Notes under the pieces: model-generated
Database searches by the model: none
The model's input: the letters and a program-made list of their open reading frames with translations, nothing else
Told to the model about the DNA's origin: nothing
Part shown: positions 41,806 to 52,065 of the stretch, one piece after another
Numbering within the stretch: position 1 is the stretch's first letter
How the letters are laid out: the number at the start of each line of letters is the position of its first letter
Position numbers and translations under genes: made by a program
From: an uncultured Clostridium sp.
GTDB lineage: Bacteria; Bacillota; Clostridia; TANB77; CAG-508
Direction of reading: 5' to 3'
NCBI GenBank assembly: GCA_947575605.1
Contig: CANPNZ010000002.1
Coordinates: 31,020-95,019, forward strand
DNA length: 64,000 bases

Positions 41806-43626
41806 ATGTGTGGTTTTGTAGGCTTTGCCAACATAAAAGAAAAAATTTCACAAAATAGAACTGTATTAGAAAAAATGAATGAAACCCTTTCAAAAAGAGG
41901 TCCTGATGAAGATGGGTATTACCTAAAAGAACATATTGCTATGGGACATAAACGATTAATTGTAATTGATCCAAAAGGTGGTAAACAACCCATGATAGAA
42001 AGCTATTCTTATGGGGATTTTGTCATTTGTTATAATGGACAGATTTATAATACAAAAGAACTTAGAAAAACATTAGAAGAAAATGGATTTACCTTTCAAG
42101 GTCATTGTGATACAGAAGTTTTATTAAAAAGTTATATTTATTATGGAAATGATATAGTTCATCATTTGAACGGTATTTTTGCTTTTGCGATTTGGAATAG
42201 TAAAAAACAAGAATTATTCTTAGCACGTGATCATTTTGGTGTAAAACCGCTATTTTACACTATAAAAGATAATACTTTAATTTTCGCATCCGAATTGAAA
42301 GCACTTTTTAAATATCCTGCTATTACTAAAGAAATAGATGAACAAGGCATTTCTGAAATGTTTGGAATTGGTCCAGCTCATACACCTGGAACTACTATTT
42401 TTAAAGATATTTATGAAATAAAACCAGCACACTTTGGAATCTTTAATTCTTCTGGTTTACATTTGAAAAGATATTGGAAATTAACCTCAAAAGTTCATAC
42501 CGATAATTTTGCCCAAACTTGTGAAAAATTAAAATTTTTATTAGAAGATGCTATTACAAGACAATTAGTTTCTGATGTTCCCTTATGTACCTTTCTTTCT
42601 GGTGGATTAGATTCTAGTATTATTACAAAATTTGCCGCTGATTATTGCAAAAAGCAAGGATTGCCACCTTTAGATACCTATTCGATTGATTACGTAGATA
42701 ATGATAAAAACTTTGTTAAAAGCGATTTTCAACCAAATTCTGATAATTACTACATTGACTTAATGAATCAAAATTTGCATACAAATCATCATAAAATTGT
42801 AATTGATACACCAGAGCTTGCTTCTTATTTAGAAGATGCTATGATTGCTAGAGATATGCCAGGTATGGCTGATATTGACTCTTCTTTATTATTATTTTGT
42901 AAAAATGTAAAAAAAGAAATGACAGTATCTTTAACTGGTGAATGTGCTGATGAAATCTTTGGTGGATATCCTTGGTTTTTCCGTGAGGATGCTTTAAGTA
43001 GTAACACATTCCCTTGGTCAATTGCTTTGAAAGAAAGACAACAAATATTAAATCCTACTATTAGTAAAAAAATCAATTTGAAAGAATATGTTGATTTTCG
43101 TTATCATGAAAGTTTGGCAGAAGTCGAAATCCTAGATTCCGATTCGGAAGAAACTGCTGAAAAAAGAAAAATTTCTCATTTGACTTTAAATTGGTTTATG
43201 CAAACCCTATTAGATCGTTCTGATCGAATGGCTATGTATAATGGTTTTGAACTTCGTGTTCCTTTTTGCGATTATCGACTAGCTCAATATGTATGGAATA
43301 TTCCTTGGGAAATTAAAGCTTTGAATGGCAGAGAAAAAGGACTACTTCGTTATGTGGCAAGAGATTTTCTACCAGATGAAATTATTGATCGAAAAAAATC
43401 TCCTTATCCAAAAACTCATAATCCTACTTACCTCTATAAAGTTAAGTCACTGCTTACTGATATTATGAAAAATAAAAATGCACCAATTCATAGTTTGCTA
43501 AATCGCGATTTTATTTTGGATATTTTAAATACCGATGGAAAGTCTTTTTCACGTCCTTGGTTTGGCCAATTAATGACTCGGTCCACAACTTATGGCGTAC
43601 CTTTGCCAGGTGAATATGTGGCTTGA
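41806..43626 (+). CDS. asnB: asparagine synthase (glutamine-hydrolysing)
   Basis: N-terminal MCGFVGF nucleophile; SGGLDSS PP-loop. Confidence 0.9.
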   Translation: MCGFVGFANIKEKISQNRTVLEKMNETLSKRGPDEDGYYLKEHIAMGHKRLIVIDPKGGKQPMIESYSYGDFVICYNGQIYNTKELRKTLEENGFTFQGHCDTEVLLKSYIYYGNDIVHHLNGIFAFAIWNSKKQELFLARDHFGVKPLFYTIKDNTLIFASELKALFKYPAITKEIDEQGISEMFGIGPAHTPGTTIFKDIYEIKPAHFGIFNSSGLHLKRYWKLTSKVHTDNFAQTCEKLKFLLEDAITRQLVSDVPLCTFLSGGLDSSIITKFAADYCKKQGLPPLDTYSIDYVDNDKNFVKSDFQPNSDNYYIDLMNQNLHTNHHKIVIDTPELASYLEDAMIARDMPGMADIDSSLLLFCKNVKKEMTVSLTGECADEIFGGYPWFFREDALSSNTFPWSIALKERQQILNPTISKKINLKEYVDFRYHESLAEVEILDSDSEETAEKRKISHLTLNWFMQTLLDRSDRMAMYNGFELRVPFCDYRLAQYVWNIPWEIKALNGREKGLLRYVARDFLPDEIIDRKKSPYPKTHNPTYLYKVKSLLTDIMKNKNAPIHSLLNRDFILDILNTDGKSFSRPWFGQLMTRSTTYGVPLPGEYVA

Positions 43627-43654
43627 GAAATATCAGCCTAAAATTGAAATTTAA

Positions 43655-43698
43655 GTGAAAAAAGAGGTTCTTTATAGAGCCTCTATCTTTATATTTTT
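43655..43698. terminator. bidirectional intrinsic terminator between asnB and the CN-hydrolase gene
   Basis: AGAGGTTCT-ttata-AGAGCCTCT flanked by A6 and T-rich runs. Confidence 0.55.
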
Positions 43699-43813
43699 AT
43701 GTGTTATTTTTTAACATCCAAGTGATTGGCATTTTTTAGGTAACATATTTTACCAGCCATATATAGAGAATGGTTCTTTTTATTCACTCCTCTTTATTTT
43801 TCATCATTCCAAT

Positions 43814-44723
43814 TTATCTCCTTGCCTCATTTCTTACAAAAGGTGAAATTGGATGATTTAAAATTAAATCTCCGTAAGCAAATGGTTTTCTAAAAGCATC
43901 TCCTAAATACTGTGTTTCTCTATACTTTCTAATACTTTCCATATCAAAAGATACGATTTGAATTTCCTCATCTTCTCCCATTACTAGAAGTTCGTTGTCC
44001 ACTTCGTTTCCATATTCATCTTTTGTAATCGGACTATAAGCTGACGATTTTCCTTTATTTCTTTCGTTGGGATAATTAACGGTAACCATTCCTACCATAT
44101 TCTCATAAGCTCTGACTCTTTGTTCGTGTAATATGATATTTCTCATATTGCAGGCATTAGGTACTAATATTATTTCAGCCCCTTTTAGCATCAAAATTCT
44201 AGCACTTTCAGGAAAATCTCTATCATAACAAATCATAGTTCCTATTTTTACACTTTGCTTCCCATACTTCAACTCACACACATTAAAATCTGTTCCATAA
44301 TCTGTAAAAGCTTCCATTTTAAAATCTACGGTATGTACTTTTGAATAATCCAATATGATTTCTCCCTTTTCATCTATAATAGAAACTGTATTTCTTGGTT
44401 GTGGTTCGTGTTTTTCTAAATAAGTAACTGCTATTGCCATCTTTAATTCTTTAGCCGTATTTCTAAATTTTCTTATATAATCACTATTTTTATCAATTGC
44501 CTTATCTTGCCATTTTTTTATTTTATCTTCGTAGATTTCTGTCTGTTCTCTCTTATATCCGATAAAAGATATGTTCATACCCATTACTAAACATTTCTGG
44601 AAATACTGCAATATCTGCTCCCATTTCCTTTGCCTTTTTACAATATGCTATTCCTTTTTTTAGATTTTCTTCTATATTGCTGGTTGCATTAATTTGCAAT
44701 AGAGCAACTTTAAAATCGTTCAT
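43814..44723 (-). pseudogene. carbon-nitrogen hydrolase family protein, frameshifted near 44590
   Basis: N-terminal MNDFKVALLQIN...FPEMFSNGY in one frame. The remainder, including catalytic ICYDRDFPE, is in another frame. Confidence 0.6.
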
Positions 44724-44951
44724 TTCTATTTCTCCTCTTTTCTCTTATATTATGTTTCTATTTTAATCCTTTTTTTAATAATTCGCAATCCTATTTTTTC
44801 AAGTTTCGACTTTTTGTAAGTAAAGGCTTTCCTATATAATTTTTTAAACTAGTCAGGTAAGTGACCAGACAATCTTTTTATTCAGAGGAAATCTTCCTAG
44901 TAAAAAAAGAAATAGATAAAACTTATCTACCTCTTTTTTTACATTCAAAAT

Positions 44952-45203
44952 TTATTCATCATCATCATCGACCACTTTTTTTGGTCTTGAGATAATTTCA
45001 ACATGTTCTCTTTTTGTATTCTCTGGTTGTGATGTAATCAGACTAGACTTATCTGACAATTCAGAATATTTTTCTAAACTCATCATAACCATCGAACCAT
45101 ATCCATTTTTTGTTAAATAGATGGTTTGATTATTTTCCAAGATTGATTTTTCAATGGAATTATAATCATTTTGTAAATCTGGTATGGGTCTAATTTGTAT
45201 CAT
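44952..45203 (-). CDS. Phd/YefM-family antitoxin (orphan)
   Basis: Phd/YefM-like N-terminus IYLTKNGYGSMVMMSLEKYSEL; acidic C-terminal tail. Confidence 0.65.
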   Translation of the reverse strand: MIQIRPIPDLQNDYNSIEKSILENNQTIYLTKNGYGSMVMMSLEKYSELSDKSSLITSQPENTKREHVEIISRPKKVVDDDDE

Positions 45204-45382
45204 AAAATCACCAATCCTTTCTAATTGTTATTTATATTATATACAAAATTTTCAAAATTACACATATTTATAGGATTTTATAAAAATTTGTAAATTTTAC
45301 TAGACAATTTTTAACTTTTTGTGTTATCATAGTAAAGAAACAAAAGAACTAACCAAATTGGTTAAAATGGAGGGAAAAAATA

Positions 45383-45793
45383 ATGAAAACAAAAATATTT
45401 TTAATTTTAACAATAATAGCTATTTTATTAGGATTTAATTTCTGTTATGCCGTAGATTTAAACATGACTGATGATTTAGCTGATGATATGGATTTAACAA
45501 ATTCTTCATCAAACACCAATAGAACTTCCCCTACAAATACTACTAACTCTAACACAGATAATGCTAATAATACCACCTCTAATGATAATGAAGCAGATGA
45601 AATGAATACGAACAACACTACTTCAAATAGAAGTAATACCAGCACTCTAAGTACGCCAACAACAGTAAGTGACTTAAGTTCAACATCTAATTCAGGTTTA
45701 AACTTATCTACTATACTTAATATACTTTTAATTGTAATTGGTATACTTTTAATCTTATTAGCCATAGCAATTTTAATTCGATTAAAAAAATAA
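45383..45793 (+). CDS. small Asn/Thr/Ser-rich secreted protein with C-terminal membrane anchor (no LPXTG)
   Basis: Signal peptide; N/T-rich low-complexity region; C-terminal TM plus RLKK. Confidence 0.45.
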   Translation: MKTKIFLILTIIAILLGFNFCYAVDLNMTDDLADDMDLTNSSSNTNRTSPTNTTNSNTDNANNTTSNDNEADEMNTNNTTSNRSNTSTLSTPTTVSDLSSTSNSGLNLSTILNILLIVIGILLILLAIAILIRLKK

Positions 45794-45941
45794 ATTGTCA
45801 AAAACTCTCATTTTTGAGAGTTTTTTTTATTTTTGTAGGTATAAATTTTCTCTTTTTCTTAAATACTATAAATAGTATTTAATTTTCATATTTTATATGA
45901 AAACTAATAAGCTTATTAAATTAAAATAGGAGGATAATTTT

Positions 45942-46382
45942 ATGTACAAAAAATTATTATTAAGTATTGCTGTATTAATTATCGGAATTTTCTCTTTTTC
46001 TGTTTGTTTTGCTAATAATGGATTACAAGAGGCAGCAGATGGTGTTAGAAACGTAGTTGGTGATGCTGAAAATGCTGTTGAAGGTGCTGCAAGAGATATT
46101 TCAAATGCCTCTAAAGATGCCACAGGAAAAATGGAACAAGGTGCTAACAATGTAGGAAATGCCATCATGAATAATGACAACCATAACATGAATACAAGAA
46201 CAGCTACTGGAAACAATAATTATACTGCTACTAGAACAGGAACCACAGATAATACTTTTATGGGTATGAATGCTACTGCTTGGACATGGCTAATTATTGG
46301 TATCGCTGCTATTGCCATAGTAGCTTTAGTTTGGTATTACTCTATGCAAGTTCGTTCTTCTGATTATAATGGAAGAGATTAA
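45942..46382 (+). CDS. hypothetical secreted/membrane protein
   Basis: Signal peptide; C-terminal TM; RBS AGGAGG. Confidence 0.4.
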   Translation: MYKKLLLSIAVLIIGIFSFSVCFANNGLQEAADGVRNVVGDAENAVEGAARDISNASKDATGKMEQGANNVGNAIMNNDNHNMNTRTATGNNNYTATRTGTTDNTFMGMNATAWTWLIIGIAAIAIVALVWYYSMQVRSSDYNGRD

Positions 46383-46537
46383 TTTTAAAAGTTATGAATA
46401 GGTATTTGTACTAAATCTAAAAATTTAACATTTTTTCATTAAATACTAGGCAACTTAGGAATGAACTCTGTATTATCCAGAATTCATTCCTTTTTATTAT
46501 TATAATAGTTATAATTTACAGTTAAAATAGATACTAA

Positions 46538-46686
46538 CAAAATTTATTATATTTTTATAAAATAACTGCCAACCACATAATAGACTGTAAATCAAATTTT
46601 ATTAAAAAATTTAATAAAATTTGATAACATTCTATAATTTGTTGGTCCCCCCGAATTGTTATTTTATAAAAATATAATAAATTTTG
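46538..46686. repeat. Family B palindromic repeat, copy 2 (inverted relative to 21106-21255)
   Basis: Reverse complement about 93 % identical to copy 1. Confidence 0.8.
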
Positions 46687-46820
46687 TATATAAAAGAAAT
46701 CTAGCTGTAAATTGTAACTTATCATAATCTATAAAATCAAAAAAATATGAATTATGTTTCTTCAATTCTTGTAAAATATATGTTATAATAGAAAAAAATT
46801 AAAATTGAGGTATAAAATTA

Positions 46821-47273
46821 ATGAACACAAAATTAATAGCTAAAAATCCCACTGCCTATCATAACTATACAATAGAAGACAAAATAGAAACTGGAATTGT
46901 TTTAACAGGTACAGAAATCAAATCTATTCGAAAGGGAAAAATCAACTTAAAAGATTGTTATGCTTACCTAAAAAATAATGAAGTTTTTATTTGTGGAATG
47001 CACATTAGCCCATATGAACATGGTAACATCTTTAACAAGGATCCTTTACGTGACAGAAAATTATTATTACATAAAAAAGAGATAGCCAAATTAATTGGTT
47101 TAACCAAACAAAAAGGTTATAGTTTAATTCCTATTAGTCTTTATTTTAAGGGAAGTCATGTTAAAATAGAATTAGGCATTGGTAAAGGAAAAAAACTTTA
47201 TGATAAGCGTCAAGACTTAGCCAAAAAAGATGCCCAAAAACAAATTGCCATTAACTTAAAAAACAAACAATAA
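46821..47273 (+). CDS. smpB: SsrA-binding protein
   Basis: Full-length SmpB. Confidence 0.9.
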   Translation: MNTKLIAKNPTAYHNYTIEDKIETGIVLTGTEIKSIRKGKINLKDCYAYLKNNEVFICGMHISPYEHGNIFNKDPLRDRKLLLHKKEIAKLIGLTKQKGYSLIPISLYFKGSHVKIELGIGKGKKLYDKRQDLAKKDAQKQIAINLKNKQ

Positions 47274-47365
47274 TAATGTGGTATGTTTGGGACAGGCACA
47301 AGTTATCCATTTTGGTGTTTTTTGGGACAGGTTAAAAAGTCGAACTTTCCTAGAAGATAAAAAAA

Positions 47366-47410
47366 GAAAAAGGACATATCTTTAAAAGCAAAAATATGTC
47401 TTTTTTCTTT
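47366..47410. terminator. bidirectional terminator between smpB and fba
   Basis: GGACATAT...ATATGTC with flanking A/T runs. Confidence 0.55.
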
Positions 47411-47412
47411 TC

Positions 47413-48342
47413 TTAAATCCTATTACTTGAACCAAAAACATTTGTCATCTTGTGTTTTACAGTTTCTTTGATTAATTCTCTGGCAGGTGTTAGATATTTT
47501 CTAGGGTCAAAAGTACTTGGTTCTTCTGCCAATACTTTTCTAATTCCCCCTGTCATAGCCAAACGTAAATCGGTGTCAACATTTATTTTAGATACTCCAG
47601 AGATGCTAGCTTCGTGCAATATTTCATCTGGTACTCCTTTTGCTCCTGGTATATCTCCCCCATATTGATTACACATTTCTACTAATTCTGGAATGACGGT
47701 TGAAGCACCATGTAATACAATTGGCGTATTTGGTATTCTCTCTTTGATTTCTTTCAAAATGTCAAATCGCAATTTGGCTTCTCCTTTAAATTTATAAGCA
47801 CCGTGACTTGTCCCAATGGCAATGGCTAAGGAATCACATCCAGTTCTTTCTACAAACTCTTGTGCTTGTGCTGGGTCTGTATACATAGCATCTGATGCCT
47901 CTACATTCACTTCATCTTCTATTCCTGCTAATTTTCCAAGTTCCGCTTCTACAACTACCCCTTTGCTATGAGCATATTCCACTACTTTTTTCGTTAACGC
48001 TACGTTTTCTTCAAAATCATATTTTGAACCGTCTATCATAACTGACGTAAAACCATTATCAATACACATTTTAGCTGTTTCAAAATCTGGACCATGATCT
48101 AAATGAATCGCAATGGGAACTTCTGGATATTGTTCTACGGCTGCTTCTACCATCTTCATTAAATAGTTAACTCTAGCATACTTAATAGCACTCGCGGAAG
48201 CTTGTAAGATAACTGGTGATTGACTCTCATGGGCAGCATCTACAATAGCTTGTATAATTTCCATATTGTTGACATTAAAAGCTCCTATGGCATATCCTTC
48301 TTTCATTGATTTTTCAAACATTTCTTTTGTTGTTACTAACAT
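47413..48342 (-). CDS. fba: class II fructose-bisphosphate aldolase
   Basis: Class II FBA motifs; start MLVTTKEM with GGGAGG RBS. Confidence 0.9.
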   Translation of the reverse strand: MLVTTKEMFEKSMKEGYAIGAFNVNNMEIIQAIVDAAHESQSPVILQASASAIKYARVNYLMKMVEAAVEQYPEVPIAIHLDHGPDFETAKMCIDNGFTSVMIDGSKYDFEENVALTKKVVEYAHSKGVVVEAELGKLAGIEDEVNVEASDAMYTDPAQAQEFVERTGCDSLAIAIGTSHGAYKFKGEAKLRFDILKEIKERIPNTPIVLHGASTVIPELVEMCNQYGGDIPGAKGVPDEILHEASISGVSKINVDTDLRLAMTGGIRKVLAEEPSTFDPRKYLTPARELIKETVKHKMTNVFGSSNRI

Positions 48343-48530
48343 ACTTTTTCCTCCCTTTTTCATGATAGAATAATATCTACTAACTTTTTGTTTTATAAAG
48401 TTATTGTATTTCTATTTTTTTTATCTGTCAAGTGTACTATCTTTTAAAGGTATAAAAAAATAATATACTAAACTTTCTAAGAATAAAAAAGGTTGGTATA
48501 TTATTATACGGCAACCTTTTCACAAATTTT

Positions 48531-48698
48531 CTATTCTTGTTCGTGTTTATAACTTGCACACATAGATTCATCTGCTAACTCTGTATTCATATTTTCAATT
48601 GGTGCTACATGTATTGCTTCTAATGTACATTTTGCTTTTTCACGATTATTATATTTACAACTTGCTACTGTACAGTTAATTTTTTGATTTGCTTCCAT
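48531..48698 (-). CDS. DUF1540-like small Cys-rich protein (55 aa)
   Basis: MEANQKINCTVASCKYNN...CTLEAIHV...MCASYKHE pattern of DUF1540; below the 60-aa ORF cutoff. Confidence 0.45.
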   Translation of the reverse strand: MEANQKINCTVASCKYNNREKAKCTLEAIHVAPIENMNTELADESMCASYKHEQE

Positions 48699-48785
48699 TT
48701 TGTACCCCCAAAATTTTATTTTTTAAACTTTTCAACCCTAAAGATGAAAATTTTATATATTTTAGTATGTACAATTTTTTCAAAA

Positions 48786-49355
48786 TTATTTTGTTTTATC
48801 TAATCTATTGCATTCCTTTTTATTTTCAAGACATTTTTTAGGCGGTTCTTGGAAACTCAAATACCAACTAATTCCATTTCCATTTTTTTCAATTTCTTCA
48901 TTTCTTGTTTGTAATTTTGCAAAAGTTTTAGGTGGCGGAACAATAACAGGTTGCCCTGGCATCCAGTTCGCTGCCGTAGAACCTTTGCTACAATCTGCCA
49001 TTTGCAATGCTTGCACAGTTCTTATAATTTCTGGAATAAATCGTCCTACATTTAGTGGATAAATTAATATCGTTCTTACAATGCCTTTATCATCAATAAT
49101 GAATACATTTCTTACTGTTTCTGTATTACTTATATCATTGGCGATCATTCCATATTTTCTGGCAATTTGACCATTTCTGTCTGCAATAATAGGAAACGAT
49201 ATTTTTATTCCTGTTTTACAATAAATGTCATACATCCAAGCTAAATGCGAACTGTTACTGTCTACACTTAGCCCCAATAATTCTGTGTTTAATTCCTGAA
49301 AATATTTTTGTGCTCTAGTAAAAGCTATCATTTCTGTTGTACAAACAGGGGTGAA
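48786..49355 (-). pseudogene. 1-Cys peroxiredoxin (Prx6-like), C-terminal fragment (from the CTTE of the active site onward)
   Basis: Begins ...FTPVCTTEMIAF; the upstream 46 codons are missing here and are found at 60400-60545. Confidence 0.8.
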
Positions 49356-49378
49356 GTACACATCTTTGGGTGTCATTT

Positions 49379-50959
49379 TTAAATCATTTTTTCAATATCT
49401 GTTTTTAATTCAAATTTTATCATTTTATCTCTATTTATATAAATTTTATCTATGAGCATTTGCAAAATCATTCTATTAGGTACTTCTGATTTTATAATTT
49501 CATCAAAATATTCAATTGAATTTCTTAACTTATTTCCTTTTTCTTCTAAATGCTTTTTTTCATCTTCTTGTAATAATGCTTTTAAATAAGAAATATTTTT
49601 TACTTTTTCCTTTTCAAGTTCTTTATATGTATTTTCAATAATCTTTCTTGCTATTTCATTATTAGCAGATGCCAGCTCTTTAATTTTTTGATTAACTAAC
49701 ATTTTATATTCTTCATTTAAGATGTTTATATTGTTTCGTAACTTAATTTTATTATCTTCTTTCTTATTTTGTTTTATTTCAATCTTAATATTTTGTATTT
49801 CTTCTAAATATTGCTTTTTAGTAAATTTTAAAAATTCTTTTAAATGTATTAAAATATCTTTTTCTTTAACCTCGTGGCAGTGACAAGCTTTTGTACTAAA
49901 TTGTCTATATCTTGAACAATCATATCCCTTTTCTTTTACTTTTCTCCTAATTACTATACCTGACATTCCTGAACCACAATCTTCACACTGACACATTCCT
50001 GAAAAATAATAGTCTCTTTTTGTATTTGTTCCTGAAGTATTTTGTTCATTCTTTTTCTTTCTTATTTCTTGTGCTAACTCGAATATTTCCTTTGAAATAA
50101 TTGGCTCGTGATGATTTTCAAATACAAAATGTTCTTCTTTTGGTAGCTTTACAGCTTTTCCTCTAATATTTACTGTTCGCTTTTTATGAGTAATTAAAGT
50201 ACCTGTATAAATCTCATTTTTTAATATATTACTTACCATATCTTTTGTCCAATCTTCTTGAACTTTGTGTCTATAAACTCTACCTTTTTCTAAATGTTTC
50301 ATTCTATAATATTCAGATGGTGTTGGATAATTATATTTTGTATTTAATATTTCGCTAATCTTTTGAAATCCATATCCATTTTCAACATATAATTTAAATA
50401 TAACTTCAATAACTGGTTTTAGTTCGTCTATGATATAGAGCATAGGTATATCGTCTTTAAAAACTTTTTCATAGCCATAGTAATTTCCCATAATTAGTCT
50501 TGCGTTTTTTTGCTTAGAATACATATGATCTCTTGTTTTTCTTGAGCAATCTTTTACATATCTTTCATTAAACCAAGTAGTTATTCCAATCGTATCATCT
50601 CTGTCATTTAAAACATCATAAGTTCCGCCCATTTCTGAAACTAGAATTAGATTTTTTTGCATATTTTTAAATTCATCTATAAGCACTAAAACTCTTCCAT
50701 TATTTCTGCCAATTCTTGATAAATCTTTTGCTATAACTACATCAATTTCTCCTCCTTTTACTTTCTCCATCATTTTTGAAAATTCAGGTCTATTAAAGGT
50801 ATATCCCGAAACATTGTCATCTATGTAGAAGTCTTCATCTTTGATAATCCAATTACAAGCCACTGCATAATCTTTAATAATTCTTTTTTGTTCCTCTATG
50901 CTTGAATAATTTTCTTTATCTTCATCTCTAGACAATCTACAATATCCTACAACTGTCAT
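49379..50959 (-). CDS. large serine recombinase
   Basis: GYCRLSRDEDK catalytic Ser; DLSRIGRN; zinc ribbon CQCEDCGS...CSRYRQ; long coiled-coil C-terminus; AAAGGAGG RBS. Confidence 0.9.
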   Translation of the reverse strand: MTVVGYCRLSRDEDKENYSSIEEQKRIIKDYAVACNWIIKDEDFYIDDNVSGYTFNRPEFSKMMEKVKGGEIDVVIAKDLSRIGRNNGRVLVLIDEFKNMQKNLILVSEMGGTYDVLNDRDDTIGITTWFNERYVKDCSRKTRDHMYSKQKNARLIMGNYYGYEKVFKDDIPMLYIIDELKPVIEVIFKLYVENGYGFQKISEILNTKYNYPTPSEYYRMKHLEKGRVYRHKVQEDWTKDMVSNILKNEIYTGTLITHKKRTVNIRGKAVKLPKEEHFVFENHHEPIISKEIFELAQEIRKKKNEQNTSGTNTKRDYYFSGMCQCEDCGSGMSGIVIRRKVKEKGYDCSRYRQFSTKACHCHEVKEKDILIHLKEFLKFTKKQYLEEIQNIKIEIKQNKKEDNKIKLRNNINILNEEYKMLVNQKIKELASANNEIARKIIENTYKELEKEKVKNISYLKALLQEDEKKHLEEKGNKLRNSIEYFDEIIKSEVPNRMILQMLIDKIYINRDKMIKFELKTDIEKMI

Positions 50960-50996
50960 TTTTCCTCCTTTTGCCTGATATTGCTCTTGGTCTATA

Positions 50997-51230
50997 TTAG
51001 CATACATTGTCCGATAACTCCACTTGTTTCGCAATTATTTTTTTGAGAATTTCGGGATAATTCTTTGTTCCTGTTACAAATATTCCAATTTTATACTTTT
51101 GTTCTTCATATTTTTCAATTGTTTCTTTAGTTTCTTGTTGTTCTAATTCTTCTTTAGTTAGATAAATTTGCATATATTTGGTATTAGAGATTTCATTAGA
51201 AGTAATTTGCATATTATTTAACTCCTTCAT
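50997..51230 (-). CDS. small conserved protein upstream of the recombinase (paralog at 56528-56761; possible directionality/regulatory factor)
   Basis: 77 aa, about 75 % identical between the two elements, co-oriented and immediately upstream of each recombinase. Confidence 0.45.
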   Translation of the reverse strand: MKELNNMQITSNEISNTKYMQIYLTKEELEQQETKETIEKYEEQKYKIGIFVTGTKNYPEILKKIIAKQVELSDNVC

Positions 51231-52065
51231 AATATTTCTCCCTAAATATTATGCAAAAAGAAACATATAAATATCTCCTTTTGTCTTAAAAAATTACTTG
51301 ATGAAATCTAATACACAACTTTCTTGATTACTATCAATAAATCACCTCCTGTTTTTAACATTAATAAATTTCTTTCTAATAATAGGAGTACCATTATTAA
51401 GCATAAATGTTGTATTTTATAAAAGAATTATTTCTATATAATAAAAATTTCTATATAATAAAAACTCCTTTATTAATATAAATCCAATATTTATGAATAA
51501 TGTTGTAAAATTATATATTTTTTATTTCTAATAAATAAGAACACTTTTTATTTTTAGAATGGGGAATTTTCTGAATTAAATATCTATCAAAACAAAAGAA
51601 ATGATAATCATGTATAAAAACACAATTATCATTTCTTTTTAGCTATAACATTGTATATGTGCCAATGTTTCATTTTTCCTAATCCAGTTTTTCCATCTTT
51701 TTCTAATTCATTAAAGTGTATTATTTCAAAAGCTAACACTTGCTCTTTTGTTAGAAATACCATTTGTTCTTTAATTTTTGTCCATGAATCATTTAATAAA
51801 AAAAGTTTCCAACAAAGTATCCGACCTTTTAAAATACTATCATTTATCTTATTCCAAAATTCATTAAAATAATCTTTACTACAAAAGGGAATACTAAAAT
51901 TAGAACTAATAGATTATTTTTTTCTAATTTAATATCTTCAAAGTTTTGAAGATTAAATCTAATAATATCAATTCCTTTCAATTTCTTAACAAGTATTATA
52001 GCATACAATTTTATAAAAAGTAATAGGAGAATGAAAATTTTATTTTTCCACTCTCCTATCGTGCC

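Noticed and set aside
21106-46686. The inverted-repeat-flanked 25 kb as one mobile element
   Set aside because: Its content is core genes (thrS, ychF, sigH, tsaC, asnB and others), and the flanking repeats are short palindromic elements rather than IS or integrase ends.
47274-47412. tmRNA gene after smpB
   Set aside because: Too short (140 nt), and it lacks the GGGG 5' end, tag ORF and tRNA-like 3' terminus.
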